DNA from: Kiritimatiellia bacterium
Lineage (GTDB): Bacteria; Verrucomicrobiota; Kiritimatiellia; RFP12; UBA1067
Direction of reading: 5' to 3'
Assembly: GCA_050949565.1 (NCBI GenBank)
Contig: JBMNFY010000016.1
Coordinates: 32,001-96,000, forward strand
DNA: 64,000 bases
Position numbers and translations under genes: made by a program. Under the pieces are notes generated by a model, which searched no databases, was not told where the DNA came from, and worked only from the letters and a program-made list of their open reading frames with translations. How positions within the stretch are numbered: the stretch's first letter is position 1; the number at the start of each line of letters is the position of its first letter. Shown piece by piece: positions 40,706-53,521 of this stretch.

Positions 40706-42052
40706 TCAGGATTTCGCGTGACCGTCGGTGTTTGACGACCGGTCGTGGCGAGAGCGGGATGAAAAGGTTCTTTGCATGTCGGAGCGTAGGATGTTTGCGC
40801 TTTCGCTGACCATGAACTTGCGGGATTCACGCAGCTTCTGTTCGTCGAGAAGTTCGTCGGCACGGCGTTCGAGTTCGCGAGCCTCGTTTTCGAGCAGGGC
40901 GGGGGTTGAGGCGCCGGGGGCAAGTTCGCGCAGATGATCGCGGTTGGCTCTAAGCACACGGATGGCTGCGGCTGTGTCGCCGTTGTCCAACTCGCTGACG
41001 GCATCGAGGCGGGCCTTTGCGGCCTGCTGCAGGCCGATGTGGAGAATAACCTCGGGGTCGCCTGGGATGGCCGCTTCGATGGCATTGGCAACGCCGACGA
41101 TCAGGTTCCGCTTTTGGCTCTTGAGGTCGACCGCGCCCTCGCGGAGTTCGGCGTAGGTCATGCTCAGGCTTGCGAGGTGCATATCGGTCGGTTCGGCCAG
41201 AGCGGGCAACTGGACGGCAAGCAGGACGTGCTTGACTTGGGCGGCGTGGAAGTCGCTGAGCAACACGCGGTAGGAACTCTTTTCGGCCTTCCACGGGTGA
41301 CCGGTGAGCTGAGCCACGCCGATCACGCCATCGGTGAAGTCGAGAGAGACTTCGACGTTCTGCGTGACGGTGTCGAGCAGACCGCCGAGTTCTTCCTTGA
41401 AGACTTCGGGGGCGTGGTCGGGGCTTTCGATGTAGTAGAAGCGTCCGCCGGCAGCTTCGGAAACGCGCTTGAGAAGGTCTTCGTTGAAGTCGGCACCCAG
41501 GCCAAGGCAACTGGTACGGATGTTCTTGTCCTTGAGCACGTTCTGGCCTAGGGCGGTGAGCTGATCCGGGTTAACGATGCCAGCGTTGGCCTGCCCGTCG
41601 GTGAGCAGGAGCACGGCGTTGACACACTCCTCCGAGGCGTTGCGGCTGACGAGTTCTATGCTCTTGAGCCACCCTCCGCTCAGGTTGGTGCAGTTCCCGG
41701 CTTGGATACCTGCAATCGCGGCACTGAGTGCGGTCGGATCGGAGACCGTCGCGGACTCCACCAGGGGCTGGACCTCGTCGTCGAAGGTGACGAGCGAGAA
41801 GCGATCATCGGGGGCGAGCTGATCAAGAAGGAGCTGGGTGGATCGCTTGGCGTAGTCGAGCTTCTCACCGGCCATCGAGCCGCTACGGTCTAGGACGGCC
41901 GCGAGATTGAGCGCTGGTCTTTTCCTACCCGCCGGGGAGTCGGGGGCCGTGAGGGTAAGCAGGACGTGCACGACACTGGCCGTGCCTGTTGGAACGACGG
42001 TATGATCCATACGGGACTCGAGTTTCATGGGCGGCCTTTCTGTTGTGTCCAT
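40706..42052 (-). CDS. von Willebrand factor A domain protein (YfbK-like)
   Basis: MIDAS DRSGSM, TNLSGG, LLTDGQAN, GLGADFNEDLL. Confidence 0.9.
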   Translation of the reverse strand: MDTTERPPMKLESRMDHTVVPTGTASVVHVLLTLTAPDSPAGRKRPALNLAAVLDRSGSMAGEKLDYAKRSTQLLLDQLAPDDRFSLVTFDDEVQPLVESATVSDPTALSAAIAGIQAGNCTNLSGGWLKSIELVSRNASEECVNAVLLLTDGQANAGIVNPDQLTALGQNVLKDKNIRTSCLGLGADFNEDLLKRVSEAAGGRFYYIESPDHAPEVFKEELGGLLDTVTQNVEVSLDFTDGVIGVAQLTGHPWKAEKSSYRVLLSDFHAAQVKHVLLAVQLPALAEPTDMHLASLSMTYAELREGAVDLKSQKRNLIVGVANAIEAAIPGDPEVILHIGLQQAAKARLDAVSELDNGDTAAAIRVLRANRDHLRELAPGASTPALLENEARELERRADELLDEQKLRESRKFMVSESANILRSDMQRTFSSRSRHDRSSNTDGHAKS

Positions 42053-42075
42053 CTTGTGGATAAAAACCAGACAAA

Positions 42076-42152
42076 TGGCGCCCCTGGCAGGGCTCGAACC
42101 TGCGACCCACGGATTAGAAATCCGTTGCTCTATCCAACTGAGCTACAGGGGC
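42076..42152 (-). tRNA. tRNA-Arg (TCT)
   Basis: Reverse complement GCCCCTGTAGCTCAGTTGGATAGAGCAACGGATTTCTAATCCGTGGGTCGCAGGTTCGAGCCCTGCCAGGGGCGCCA forms a cloverleaf with TCT anticodon and CCA end. Confidence 0.96.
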
Positions 42153-42211
42153 GGAAAACGGCGGCATCATAGCAAACCGCCCGCGTGTTCTGCAACGCGA
42201 TAGACCGCTTT

Positions 42212-45202
<2,991 letters not shown>

Positions 45203-45245
45203 TGTGTTGATCTCAATCATGTCAATTACGCCAATCAGGTCAGCC

Positions 45246-46652
45246 ATGTCAAAAAAGATGACCATGAAAAAGATGTTTGCTGGAGTGTTTGTCGCCGTCG
45301 TGGCGCTAATGTCTGTCGCGGAGGCGGCGACGGTTTCCGTTGACTGGGATGATCCGGTCGGGATCGTGAAGCCCGTGAACGGTGTCGGGCAGCCGCCGAT
45401 GATCGGGGCGCCAACATCGTTTCCGATGATGCGCTATCTCAAGGAGGCGGGGATCCCTTACGCGCGGCTTCATGATGTCGGCGGGGTCTACGGACAGTTC
45501 CGCTATGTGGACATCCCGAACATCTTCCGCGATTTCGACGCGGACGAGACCGATCCGAAGAGCTACAGCTTCGCTTACACCGATGCACTGATGAAGGCAC
45601 TTGATGAGAATGGCGTTGAGCCGTTCTTCCGGTTGGGCGTGACGATCGACAATCCCGTCGGCGCCGGCTTCCCCGGCTACTTCATCGATCCACCGAAGGA
45701 CTTCGCGAAGTGGGCGCGGATTTGCGAACACGTGATCCGTCACTACACCGAAGGCTGGGCGGACGGCTTTCGCATGAAGGTCACCTACTGGGAGATCTGG
45801 AACGAACCCGACAATCAGCCGGACGCCAAGCAAAACCCGCTCTGGAACGCGCCGTTCTCAGAGTTCATCCGCCTCTACGGTGTCGCTGCGCCATACCTGA
45901 AGGCGAAGTTCCCTCACCTTAAAATCGGCGGCTACTCGAGTTGCGGTTTCTATGCGGGTGTCGGCGCGGAGCAGGTCGCTGCCGCGCACTCGTCACCGCG
46001 CATGGAGTATTTCATCGACTGCGCAACGAACTTTCTCGCCGCCGCGCAGCAGAACAGTTGGCCGCTCGACTTTTTCTCGTACCACTCCTACTCCCATCCA
46101 ACGGAAGCGCTTCGTCAAGTGCGCTACGCCGACGAGCTGCTCAACCGCTACGGATTCACGGCAGATAAGACCGAGCGCATCTTCAACGAGTGGCTGCCGT
46201 ACGTGAGCCACGATACGCTCGGCACGGCGAAGCAGGCGACCGGCATCGCCGCAGAGATGATCGGCCTCCAGAACGGTCCGTGCGACCTTGCCTGCATTTA
46301 CGACGCGCGCTGTAATGTCGGCAACTACTCGCCGCTTTTCAATCCGCTGACCTACAAGCCGCACAAAGCCTATTACGCCTTCACGGCGTTCAACGAACTC
46401 CGCAAGCTCGGCACGGCGGTCCGGGCGAAAGTTTCCGGTGCATCGTCACTCGTGGCGGCGGCCGCGAAAGGCACGGGCGGCGCGGCGGTGATGATCGCGA
46501 ACGATTCCAATGCGGAGGTGCCTCTCGTCTGTGATTTCGGCGGACGCGAGGTCGTCGCGTGCCGTCTCACGGACGATACGCACACGGATGCAAGCCTCCC
46601 GCTCCCGAAGACGCTCGCGCCGCGTGCCTTTGTTATCGTTCTCCTGAAGTGA
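45246..46652 (+). CDS. Glycoside hydrolase family 39-like protein
   Basis: ARLHD, YWEIWNEPD, DFFSYHSY, IFNEW; signal peptide; start uncertain (45246-45264). Confidence 0.85.
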   Translation: MSKKMTMKKMFAGVFVAVVALMSVAEAATVSVDWDDPVGIVKPVNGVGQPPMIGAPTSFPMMRYLKEAGIPYARLHDVGGVYGQFRYVDIPNIFRDFDADETDPKSYSFAYTDALMKALDENGVEPFFRLGVTIDNPVGAGFPGYFIDPPKDFAKWARICEHVIRHYTEGWADGFRMKVTYWEIWNEPDNQPDAKQNPLWNAPFSEFIRLYGVAAPYLKAKFPHLKIGGYSSCGFYAGVGAEQVAAAHSSPRMEYFIDCATNFLAAAQQNSWPLDFFSYHSYSHPTEALRQVRYADELLNRYGFTADKTERIFNEWLPYVSHDTLGTAKQATGIAAEMIGLQNGPCDLACIYDARCNVGNYSPLFNPLTYKPHKAYYAFTAFNELRKLGTAVRAKVSGASSLVAAAAKGTGGAAVMIANDSNAEVPLVCDFGGREVVACRLTDDTHTDASLPLPKTLAPRAFVIVLLK

Positions 46653-46699
46653 GGTTTTTGACGCAGAGTTTGGTTTCAAGATTTGTGAAGGGTGGTGCT

Positions 46700-49633
46700 A
46701 TGAAAAGAGAAATCGGTTTGACGGTGTGCGTGGCTCTTGCCGCTGGAATGGCGTTTGGTGCAACGGTCACGACGAACGGTGCGGGCGCCGTGACGATCGA
46801 CGTGCCTGCGGACGAGACGTACGTCTATCCCGCTCCGCTGGCAAACGACATCACAAGCGTGACGAAGACAGGCGCGGGCATCGTAAAGTTCTCGCAGGCT
46901 GCCAGTGGCTGTAGCGTCCGATCGACATTCAGGGCGGCTATGCGGATTTCACCGTTCCCAACGCTTACGGCACGGGTCCCATCAACGTGGCGAGCGGTGC
47001 GGCGTTGGTCGTCTCGCACGCCTCTGCGGGGCAATCGACCATTCAAGTGCAGGGCACCGTGACGATCGCGGGCAGCGGTCCGCAGAATGACGGCGCTCTC
47101 CAGTTCAAGGGAAGCGCTTATGCGGACCGGATGTTCAACAGGGTGGTTCTCGCCGCAGACGCGAGTTGGGGCGGGAATCGAGCGGGTGCCGTCGCGCTTG
47201 ATTTCGCGGGTTACACGCTGACATGGGTAGGCTCCACCCTGATGACGTTGAACGGCACTTGGAGCAACATGGGGACACTCGTCCACAAGGGCACGGCAGA
47301 CGTCTGCTTCCAGGGCGGCAATTTCGACGCGGCATCGGCGGGGAAGCCGCTTATCGTGGACGGCGGGTCTTATGTCTCGTCCTGGAACAATTCGACGCCC
47401 ATGCCGCTCGCGCTTACGGCGAAGAACGCGATGCGGCTGGTCGGCAACTGGGGCCGAGGAACCGGATTCAACATTTGGGCGGGCCCCATCACGATCGAAG
47501 AAGGGGTCGCGTTTCGCCTGGGATCTTCATGGCAGAACAGCATCGGAGCCTATGCCACGTTGCGTATCGCGGGTCCCATCAGCGGTCCCGGCGCGGTAAG
47601 CAACACCTATGGACACGTCTATATCGACAATGCAAACAACGCTTGGACGGGCGGCACCTACATCGGGGATGGCTACACCTTCTTCCCTGCGCCTGAAACG
47701 CTGCCGGGATGGGACAGTCCTGGCCGTGTGACGATTTCTGGTCTGGGTGCTCTAATGACGGTGGCTGGCGCGCCGATTCCCGGATTGAACGTGCAGGACA
47801 CTTGGACGGCGGATGAGATCCGCACAATGGCGCAAAATATGAGGATCGTCCAGGCAAATCACACGATGCCCGGTGTGGGGGTTTATGTGACAAAGGGTGC
47901 CTCGTTCGCCTACCCGTACGCGCTTATCACGAACTTCGTAAAATACGGCGAGGGTACGCTCACGATGTCGGGCACTTGGGACGGCCAGCCAGCCTCGTTC
48001 CGTGTGGAGCAGGGCACGGCCATCCTCGATGGCGACGCGGACCGCTCCGTGGCCTCGTTCTACGTGCGTGGCGAAAGAGCCACTTGTATCCACAAGACGG
48101 GCACCACGACCCAGAACGGCATGATCCGCTTCTCCAACAGCGGGCGGGGTGTCTATCGCCACCTTGGCGGCACGTATGATCAGGTGGGCGGAGACTGCTA
48201 CGTGAGCGAGACCGAGAATTCGTACTTCTCGTTCGAACTCTACGGCGGCACGTTCAAGCTGAATGGCTACGGGAATCCTCACTTCGCCCGTGGCAAAGGG
48301 GGCTGCGCCATCTTCAAGCAGGAGGGCGGTCAGTTCAATCTCAAGAGTTCCTCCTTCCAACTGGGTGAGTCGGGAGACGCCATGATGTACGTGGCGGGCG
48401 GCACGAATACGATGCGCTACAATGCTACGCAAGGCTCGGAGTGTATGCGCATGGGTACGGCGGAATACGGCAGTGCAACGCTCGCGATAACGGGGTCCAA
48501 TACCGTGTTTGATGCAGACTGTCTGGTCGTGGGTACGAGCCACACACCGCAGACGAACGTCGTATCCGTGATGAATGGCGGCACATTCCTGGCTTCGCGC
48601 TTCTATCAGGCCAGCGGAGATACGTGGCCGTTCACCAACAACTTCAACGTGGTGAGTGTGGACGGCGGTGTCATGTATCCGACCTTCGGCTGGGGCTGGG
48701 ATCACAAAGGAGAAAGCAACGACACGCGCGATTTCCACAAGTGGGTGCTCCACGAACATGGCATGATACTCGATACGTCCATGTGCCAGAGTTATGACTT
48801 TACGGCGGCCGCCCCGCACGAGAATCCATTCAATTTCAGCGACGCCACAGGCAAGGGTTTCGATTCGATTACGCTCCCCACGTCGGGTGCGTTCAAGCAG
48901 GAGGTGTATCTCGGCCCTGCCCGTATCCGCATCTTCGACGCCACGGGATGGGGGGGCCACGGCGTTTGCGGATTTCGATCCTGAGACGGGCACGCTGACC
49001 AACGTGGTGGTGACCTCGCGCGGGTGCGACTACTCCGACTCGCCCACGATCCTCGTGGATAACGCGTCTGGTACGGGAACGTATCCCTGCACATTCGCAC
49101 TGAGCGCGAACAAGGGTGGCGGCATCATGAAACGGGGGGCGCAGACTGCCCACCTCTACGGCGTGATGACGTACACGGGGCCGACGTGCGTGGAGGAGGG
49201 GACGCTGTTCCTGCGGACGGCGGCCAGTGTGCCCACGAATTCGCTCTTCCGTCCGCTCGGGAGCGGCATCGTGTCGCTGCCGGGGGCTTCGGTTCTGAGG
49301 TCCGTGGGCGGCACGGGCACGATTGCCAACGGTGCCGTGACGGCGACGGAGGGCGTGGAGGTCTACGCCGAGGATTTGAACACACTCACGCCAGTGAAGA
49401 TTTCAAGCGGCTCGCTCACGTTTCAGGCGGGCGCCAAGGTGAAGGTCTTCGATCCCGCGAACATCGAGAACGGGCCGGGCCACTGGCCGCTCGTGACGGC
49501 GCGCGATCCCATCGTGGGCACACCGGAGTTGGATAGGACGAACCTCAAACCGGCGTACAACCTCGCGTTTTCGGCTGATCGCAAGACGCTCTACCTCACG
49601 TTCCCGAACGGCACCATCCTCTTCCTCCGTTAG
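46700..49633 (+). pseudogene. Secreted autotransporter-associated beta-strand-repeat protein, two compensating frameshifts (about 46915 and G7 run 48950-48956)
   Basis: Signal peptide; VTKTGAG, NAWTGGT, VKYGEGTL, YTGPT.VEEGTL repeats over three ORFs; span is a multiple of 3; ends GTILFLR. Confidence 0.75.
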
Positions 49634-49831
49634 TGCGGCGCGTGGCGCGCGACCTTGAGTGTAAAAGTAACTCAATTAACGCAATCGTATCAGTCGCGTC
49701 AATCGCGTCAGTCATGTAAAATGGGACATTATGGCTCTGTTTCAAAAACGCAACCGAGCCTTATTGTCTCCTTTAAGGTGCCCTTAATGGCGGTCCGAAA
49801 TACTCGTAACTCCTTTATTATTAACATATTG

Positions 49832-49876
49832 CATCAATAACTTGCGCACAACTAAAGCATTGGCACGTCCTCTGCG
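49832..49876 (+). promoter_or_regulatory. Sigma54 promoter with upstream IHF-like site
   Basis: TTGGCACGTCCTCTGCG (GG-N10-GC) at 49860-49876; ATCAATAACTTG (ATCAA-N4-TTR) at 49833-49844. Confidence 0.65.
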
Positions 49877-49951
49877 AATATAATAGGCGGTTCCGGTAGA
49901 TTGGCCGGGGCCAATGAACCTAACTTTGAAAGTAAAGAAAGGAGAACAATC

Positions 49952-50350
49952 ATGAGAGCCTACCTGAACACCATTAACAACCCGTGGCGCGTGTTCGACG
50001 AGGTAATGGGTGATTTTCCCTTTGACCTGTTCGACACCGCACTGCGTACACGTGCCAGACGCTATCCCCGCGTCAATGTGTGGGAGAGCGAAGATGGCCT
50101 AGCGGTCCAAGCTGAAGTCGCGGGCGTGGAGCCCGACAAGCTGGACGTGGCGGTCGATGCCAATATCCTCACGATCAAGGGCGAGAGGGAGCAGGCGGAC
50201 GGAAGCCGCGCCGAATTTCAGCGTAGCTTTAACCTGCCGTTCGAGTTGGAGAACGATAAGATCAAGGCGACCATCAAGAACGGCCTGCTGACCGTGAAGA
50301 TCCCGCGCAAGCCGATCGAGAAGCGCAAGATCGCGATCGAGAAACTGTAA
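49952..50350 (+). CDS. Hsp20/alpha-crystallin small heat-shock protein
   Basis: YPRVNVWE, LTIKGER, FQRSFNLP, A.IKNGLLTV.IP; AAGGAG RBS. Confidence 0.92.
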   Translation: MRAYLNTINNPWRVFDEVMGDFPFDLFDTALRTRARRYPRVNVWESEDGLAVQAEVAGVEPDKLDVAVDANILTIKGEREQADGSRAEFQRSFNLPFELENDKIKATIKNGLLTVKIPRKPIEKRKIAIEKL

Positions 50351-50380
50351 TCGAAGCCTATATCGAAAAGGAGGGAAACC

Positions 50381-50761
50381 ATGAGCCTGACTAAGAAATC
50401 TGACCAACAAGACGTCCAGAAAGTGGACCGTGTTGAATTGACACCAGCCAGCCGTGTGGTGGAGTGCGAGAACGCTTACACCCTGACCGTTGAACTGCCC
50501 GGCGTGTCTGAGAAGGAGATCGAGCTGACCCTTGAGAACAGGGTGCTGTCGATCACCGCCGAGAACACGCTGGAGGTCTTCAAGGACTACACCCTGGTCT
50601 TGCACGAACTGCCCGAAGCGCGCTATCGCGCGGCGTTTGATCTGCCGGATCATGTAGATACAGCCGGCATCAAGGCGGCCACCAAGAACGGCCTCCTGGT
50701 TCTGACGCTGCCCAAGCGCGAGGAGGTTAAGCCGCGCCGCATCGCCGTTAAAGCCGGCTAG
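50381..50761 (+). CDS. Hsp20/alpha-crystallin small heat-shock protein
   Basis: ELPGV, A..KNGLLVLTLPK, PRRIAV; AAGGAGG RBS. Confidence 0.92.
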   Translation: MSLTKKSDQQDVQKVDRVELTPASRVVECENAYTLTVELPGVSEKEIELTLENRVLSITAENTLEVFKDYTLVLHELPEARYRAAFDLPDHVDTAGIKAATKNGLLVLTLPKREEVKPRRIAVKAG

Positions 50762-50807
50762 TAGCACGCGCAGCCCGAAAACGGGGTGAACACAGTAATG
50801 ACTAAAG

Positions 50808-50838
50808 AAGGGACGAGCGGTTTGCCCGTCCCTTTTTG
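50808..50838 (+). terminator. Probable rho-independent terminator
   Basis: AAGGGACGAGC-GGTTT-GCCCGTCCCTTTTTG hairpin with T tract after the hsp20 pair. Confidence 0.65.
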
Positions 50839-51069
50839 TAACGCGGAGGCGCGGAGGCGCAGAGACGCAGAGATTTTTATGGGGTAACGGCGTGACCGCC
50901 GCTGGGGAGGGACGAGCGTCTGCTCGTCCGCGGGCAAGTGACACTTACCCCTCCCGGCGCTCCGCAAACCTTCGTGTGAAAAACCGAGCAGTGCCATCCC
51001 CCAAAAAATCTGCGAAATCTGCGTCATTTGCGAATCAAAAAACCGAGCCATGCCAGAAGCCGAAGAGCG

Positions 51070-51097
51070 TTGACATCTGAGTATGGGTATGTATGAT
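51070..51097 (+). promoter_or_regulatory. Sigma70-like promoter of the TA operon
   Basis: TTGACA-N16-TATGAT. Confidence 0.55.
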
Positions 51098-51163
51098 AAT
51101 GACGTCGTTTGAATTGAACCGCGCGGAAGTTGATGTTGCACACGGAGCTTTCGGGAGGAACAC

Positions 51164-51559
51164 ATGTCGAAAACCGTTTTAGTTCAGGCGAGAATCTCGC
51201 CGGAAGTGAAAGCAGATGTCGAGAAGCTCTTTGAAGCTTGGGGCTTCGATATCTCGACCGCTTTCAGGATGTTCCTGAATAAGGTCAGCAGGGACAGAGC
51301 GATGCCGTTCGTTTTCGCTGAAGAGCAGCGGCCCACCGAGGAGGAACTTCACGACATGCGCGTCTTGGGGATCAAGAAATACGCGGACCTACTCAAGGCG
51401 TATCGCGAGATAGACGCTGCCCGGGCTGATTACGAAGCGGGACGTGGGGCTTCATTCGGCAATGTTGCCGAGATGTTCAAGGACACATTCGGAGAGCCGT
51501 ATGTTGACTCCCTATCGCACGGAGACGTTCAACGCGCAACTGAAGGCTCTGAGAAATAA
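51164..51559 (+). CDS. RelB/DinJ-family antitoxin
   Basis: VQARISPEVK..VEKLF...G.DISTAFRMFL......AMPF ribbon-helix-helix pattern; GGAGG RBS. Confidence 0.85.
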   Translation: MSKTVLVQARISPEVKADVEKLFEAWGFDISTAFRMFLNKVSRDRAMPFVFAEEQRPTEEELHDMRVLGIKKYADLLKAYREIDAARADYEAGRGASFGNVAEMFKDTFGEPYVDSLSHGDVQRATEGSEK

Positions 51560-51760
51560 TCAAGCTGTCGTAGCGAGGATATTTCGCCTGATTGTGCGGA
51601 TGCCTGCGAACATCCTTTCTCTGGCCTTGGGAAGCCTGAACCGCTTAAATACGGCAAGGCGGGATTGTGGTCGCGCCGTATCGATAAAAAGAACCGGCTC
51701 ATTTACAAAGTTGTGAAACCTGATCTGATTTTGTTTTCTTGCATCGGACATTACGACTAG
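51501..51760 (+). pseudogene. yoeB: YoeB/Txe-family toxin, frameshifted at about 51595
   Basis: First frame MLTPYRTETF..RIFRLI; shifted frame DACEHPFSGLGKPEPLKYGKAGLWSRRIDKKNRLIY..SCIGHYD*. Confidence 0.85.
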
Positions 51761-51776
51761 GGTGAACCTTCAACGC

Positions 51777-52205
51777 TCAGACGCCGGTCGAGCCGAAGCC
51801 GCCTTCGCCGCGGCAGGTCTCGCCGAGGGTTTCTGACTCCTCGACCGCCACGCGCAACACCGGCGCGATCACCATCTGCGCGATGCGCATGCCGGGCACG
51901 ACCTCGAACGGTTCTTGACCGAGATTGACAAGGATCACGCCGAGTTCGCCCCGGTAGCCTTCATCGATCGTGCCCGGTGTGTTGAGCAGTGTAATGCCGT
52001 GCTTGAGCGCCAAACCGCTGCGCGGCCGGAGCTGCGCCTCGGTGCCGGACGGCAGTTCCATGACCAACCCCGTGCGCACCAACCGGCGTTCGCCCGGCAG
52101 CAACGTCGCGGCTTCGCACGCGCAGAGATCCAGCCCTGCATCGCCGGGATGGGCATAGGCCGGTAGCACGGCGTCCGCGTGGACGCGCTTGAAGAGGACG
52201 GTCAT
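51777..52205 (-). CDS. dut: dUTP diphosphatase
   Basis: [37 protein letters not shown]. Confidence 0.97.
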   Translation of the reverse strand: MTVLFKRVHADAVLPAYAHPGDAGLDLCACEAATLLPGERRLVRTGLVMELPSGTEAQLRPRSGLALKHGITLLNTPGTIDEGYRGELGVILVNLGQEPFEVVPGMRIAQMVIAPVLRVAVEESETLGETCRGEGGFGSTGV

Positions 52206-52220
52206 CGCCCCTGTCAGCCT

Positions 52221-52946
52221 CTACTCCAGAACCTTGATCTTGATGTTCCGGTAGGAGACACGGTCGTTATGATCCTGCAGCAGGATATGTCCCGCCTCCT
52301 GCTCGCCCCAGTTGGGATGCTTGTTGAACTTGCTCAGGGCGACCGCCTTGCGGAACGTCTCCGAGCCGCGCTCAAACGTGAGCACCTTCTCGCCGTTCAG
52401 CCAGTGCTCGACCTGCTTGCCTTTGCTCACGATCATGGCACTGTTCCACTCGCCGGTCGGCTTCAGTTTCGCACCGACCGCCGGTAGCACGTCGTAGAGC
52501 GACGCGACCATACGGTTGCCGTCGCGCCCCTTCGTGGCGTCGGGGTGTTTGGTGTCGAGCACCTGATATTCCAACGTGGTGCCGCCATGGCGTTTGGGAT
52601 CGAAGAAATACTTGACGCCGCTGTTGGCCGCGTCCGTGAGCCGGAATTCCAGCTTGAGGATAAACGAAGAGTAGGTTTCGCGCGTGATGATATCCCCCGC
52701 GCCGCCGCCCGCGTTTTTGGGCAACACGGTCAACTCACCGTCCGCGATCTCCCATCCCCGCGCGGGGAAGCTGTCGGATCTGACACTGCGCCAGCCGTCG
52801 CCGCTCTTGCCGTCCCACAGCAACCGCCACCCATCCTGACGCTCCTTCGCCGTCAGCGTGTTCGCCGCTGTCGCGCAGCAAGCCTCATTGCCAAACAGCG
52901 CCACCGCGCTCATCATCACCGCCACCATACTCAACAGATGCTTCAT
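52221..52946 (-). CDS. DUF1080 domain secreted protein
   Basis: NSGVKY, EYQVLD, SLYD, GEWN, GHILLQDH, YRNIKIK; AGGAGG RBS. Confidence 0.88.
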   Translation of the reverse strand: MKHLLSMVAVMMSAVALFGNEACCATAANTLTAKERQDGWRLLWDGKSGDGWRSVRSDSFPARGWEIADGELTVLPKNAGGGAGDIITRETYSSFILKLEFRLTDAANSGVKYFFDPKRHGGTTLEYQVLDTKHPDATKGRDGNRMVASLYDVLPAVGAKLKPTGEWNSAMIVSKGKQVEHWLNGEKVLTFERGSETFRKAVALSKFNKHPNWGEQEAGHILLQDHNDRVSYRNIKIKVLE

Positions 52947-52992
52947 ACCTCGCCTCCTTGTTTCGTAATATGCACCAGCGCAGACCAGATTG

Positions 52993-53220
52993 TCAATGCA
53001 GTTCAATGGTTAATTCATCACGGGACAACTCGCAGTCGCGCAGGATCCGGGCCAGCAGACCACAGCCGATCGTCTCGCCACGATGAACCGGCACAACGGT
53101 ACAGCGTCCGTCAGGATGCCGAAGAAAATGATGACTCCCCTTGACACGTATGACCTCGAAGCCCAAACGTCGGAGAGCCTTGATCAGTCGGGAACCGCTG
53201 AATACCGGGAAGGTGCTCAT
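52993..53220 (-). CDS. hicA: HicA-family toxin
   Basis: LRRLGF..RVKGSH....HPDGR.TVVPVH; ATG 53220 overlaps the hicB stop. Confidence 0.9.
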   Translation of the reverse strand: MSTFPVFSGSRLIKALRRLGFEVIRVKGSHHFLRHPDGRCTVVPVHRGETIGCGLLARILRDCELSRDELTIELH

Positions 53221-53429
53221 ACCATGACCGCGACGCGCTGGACGCCGATGAACAGGTTGGACACTGGTTCGTCCTCCACTTCCAGGCACAGTGATATGGC
53301 TTCTTTGATGCGTTCCATCAGCACATCAAGAGACTTGGCCTGCGTATGGCAACCACGCAGGGCGGGCACAGACGCGATGAAATAACCGTCCTCATCCTGC
53401 TCGATCACAACACTGAATTCTCTCGACAT
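53217..53429 (-). CDS. hicB: HicB-family antitoxin (short, no DNA-binding domain)
   Basis: VIEQDEDGYFIASVPALRGCHTQAKSLD.L..RIKEAI. Confidence 0.9.
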   Translation of the reverse strand: MSREFSVVIEQDEDGYFIASVPALRGCHTQAKSLDVLMERIKEAISLCLEVEDEPVSNLFIGVQRVAVMV

Positions 53430-53521
53430 CACACATCTCCCTTTCGCCCGCATTTTAGCATCTTGTGTCGGCAACAGCCAAATCAATTAGTCGATGTTGA
53501 AAAGGGCGCATCACCGCACTG

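Noticed and set aside
40706-42152. Genomic island integrated at tRNA-Arg
   Set aside because: The VWA gene starts right after the tRNA, but I saw no integrase and no duplicated tRNA 3' end.
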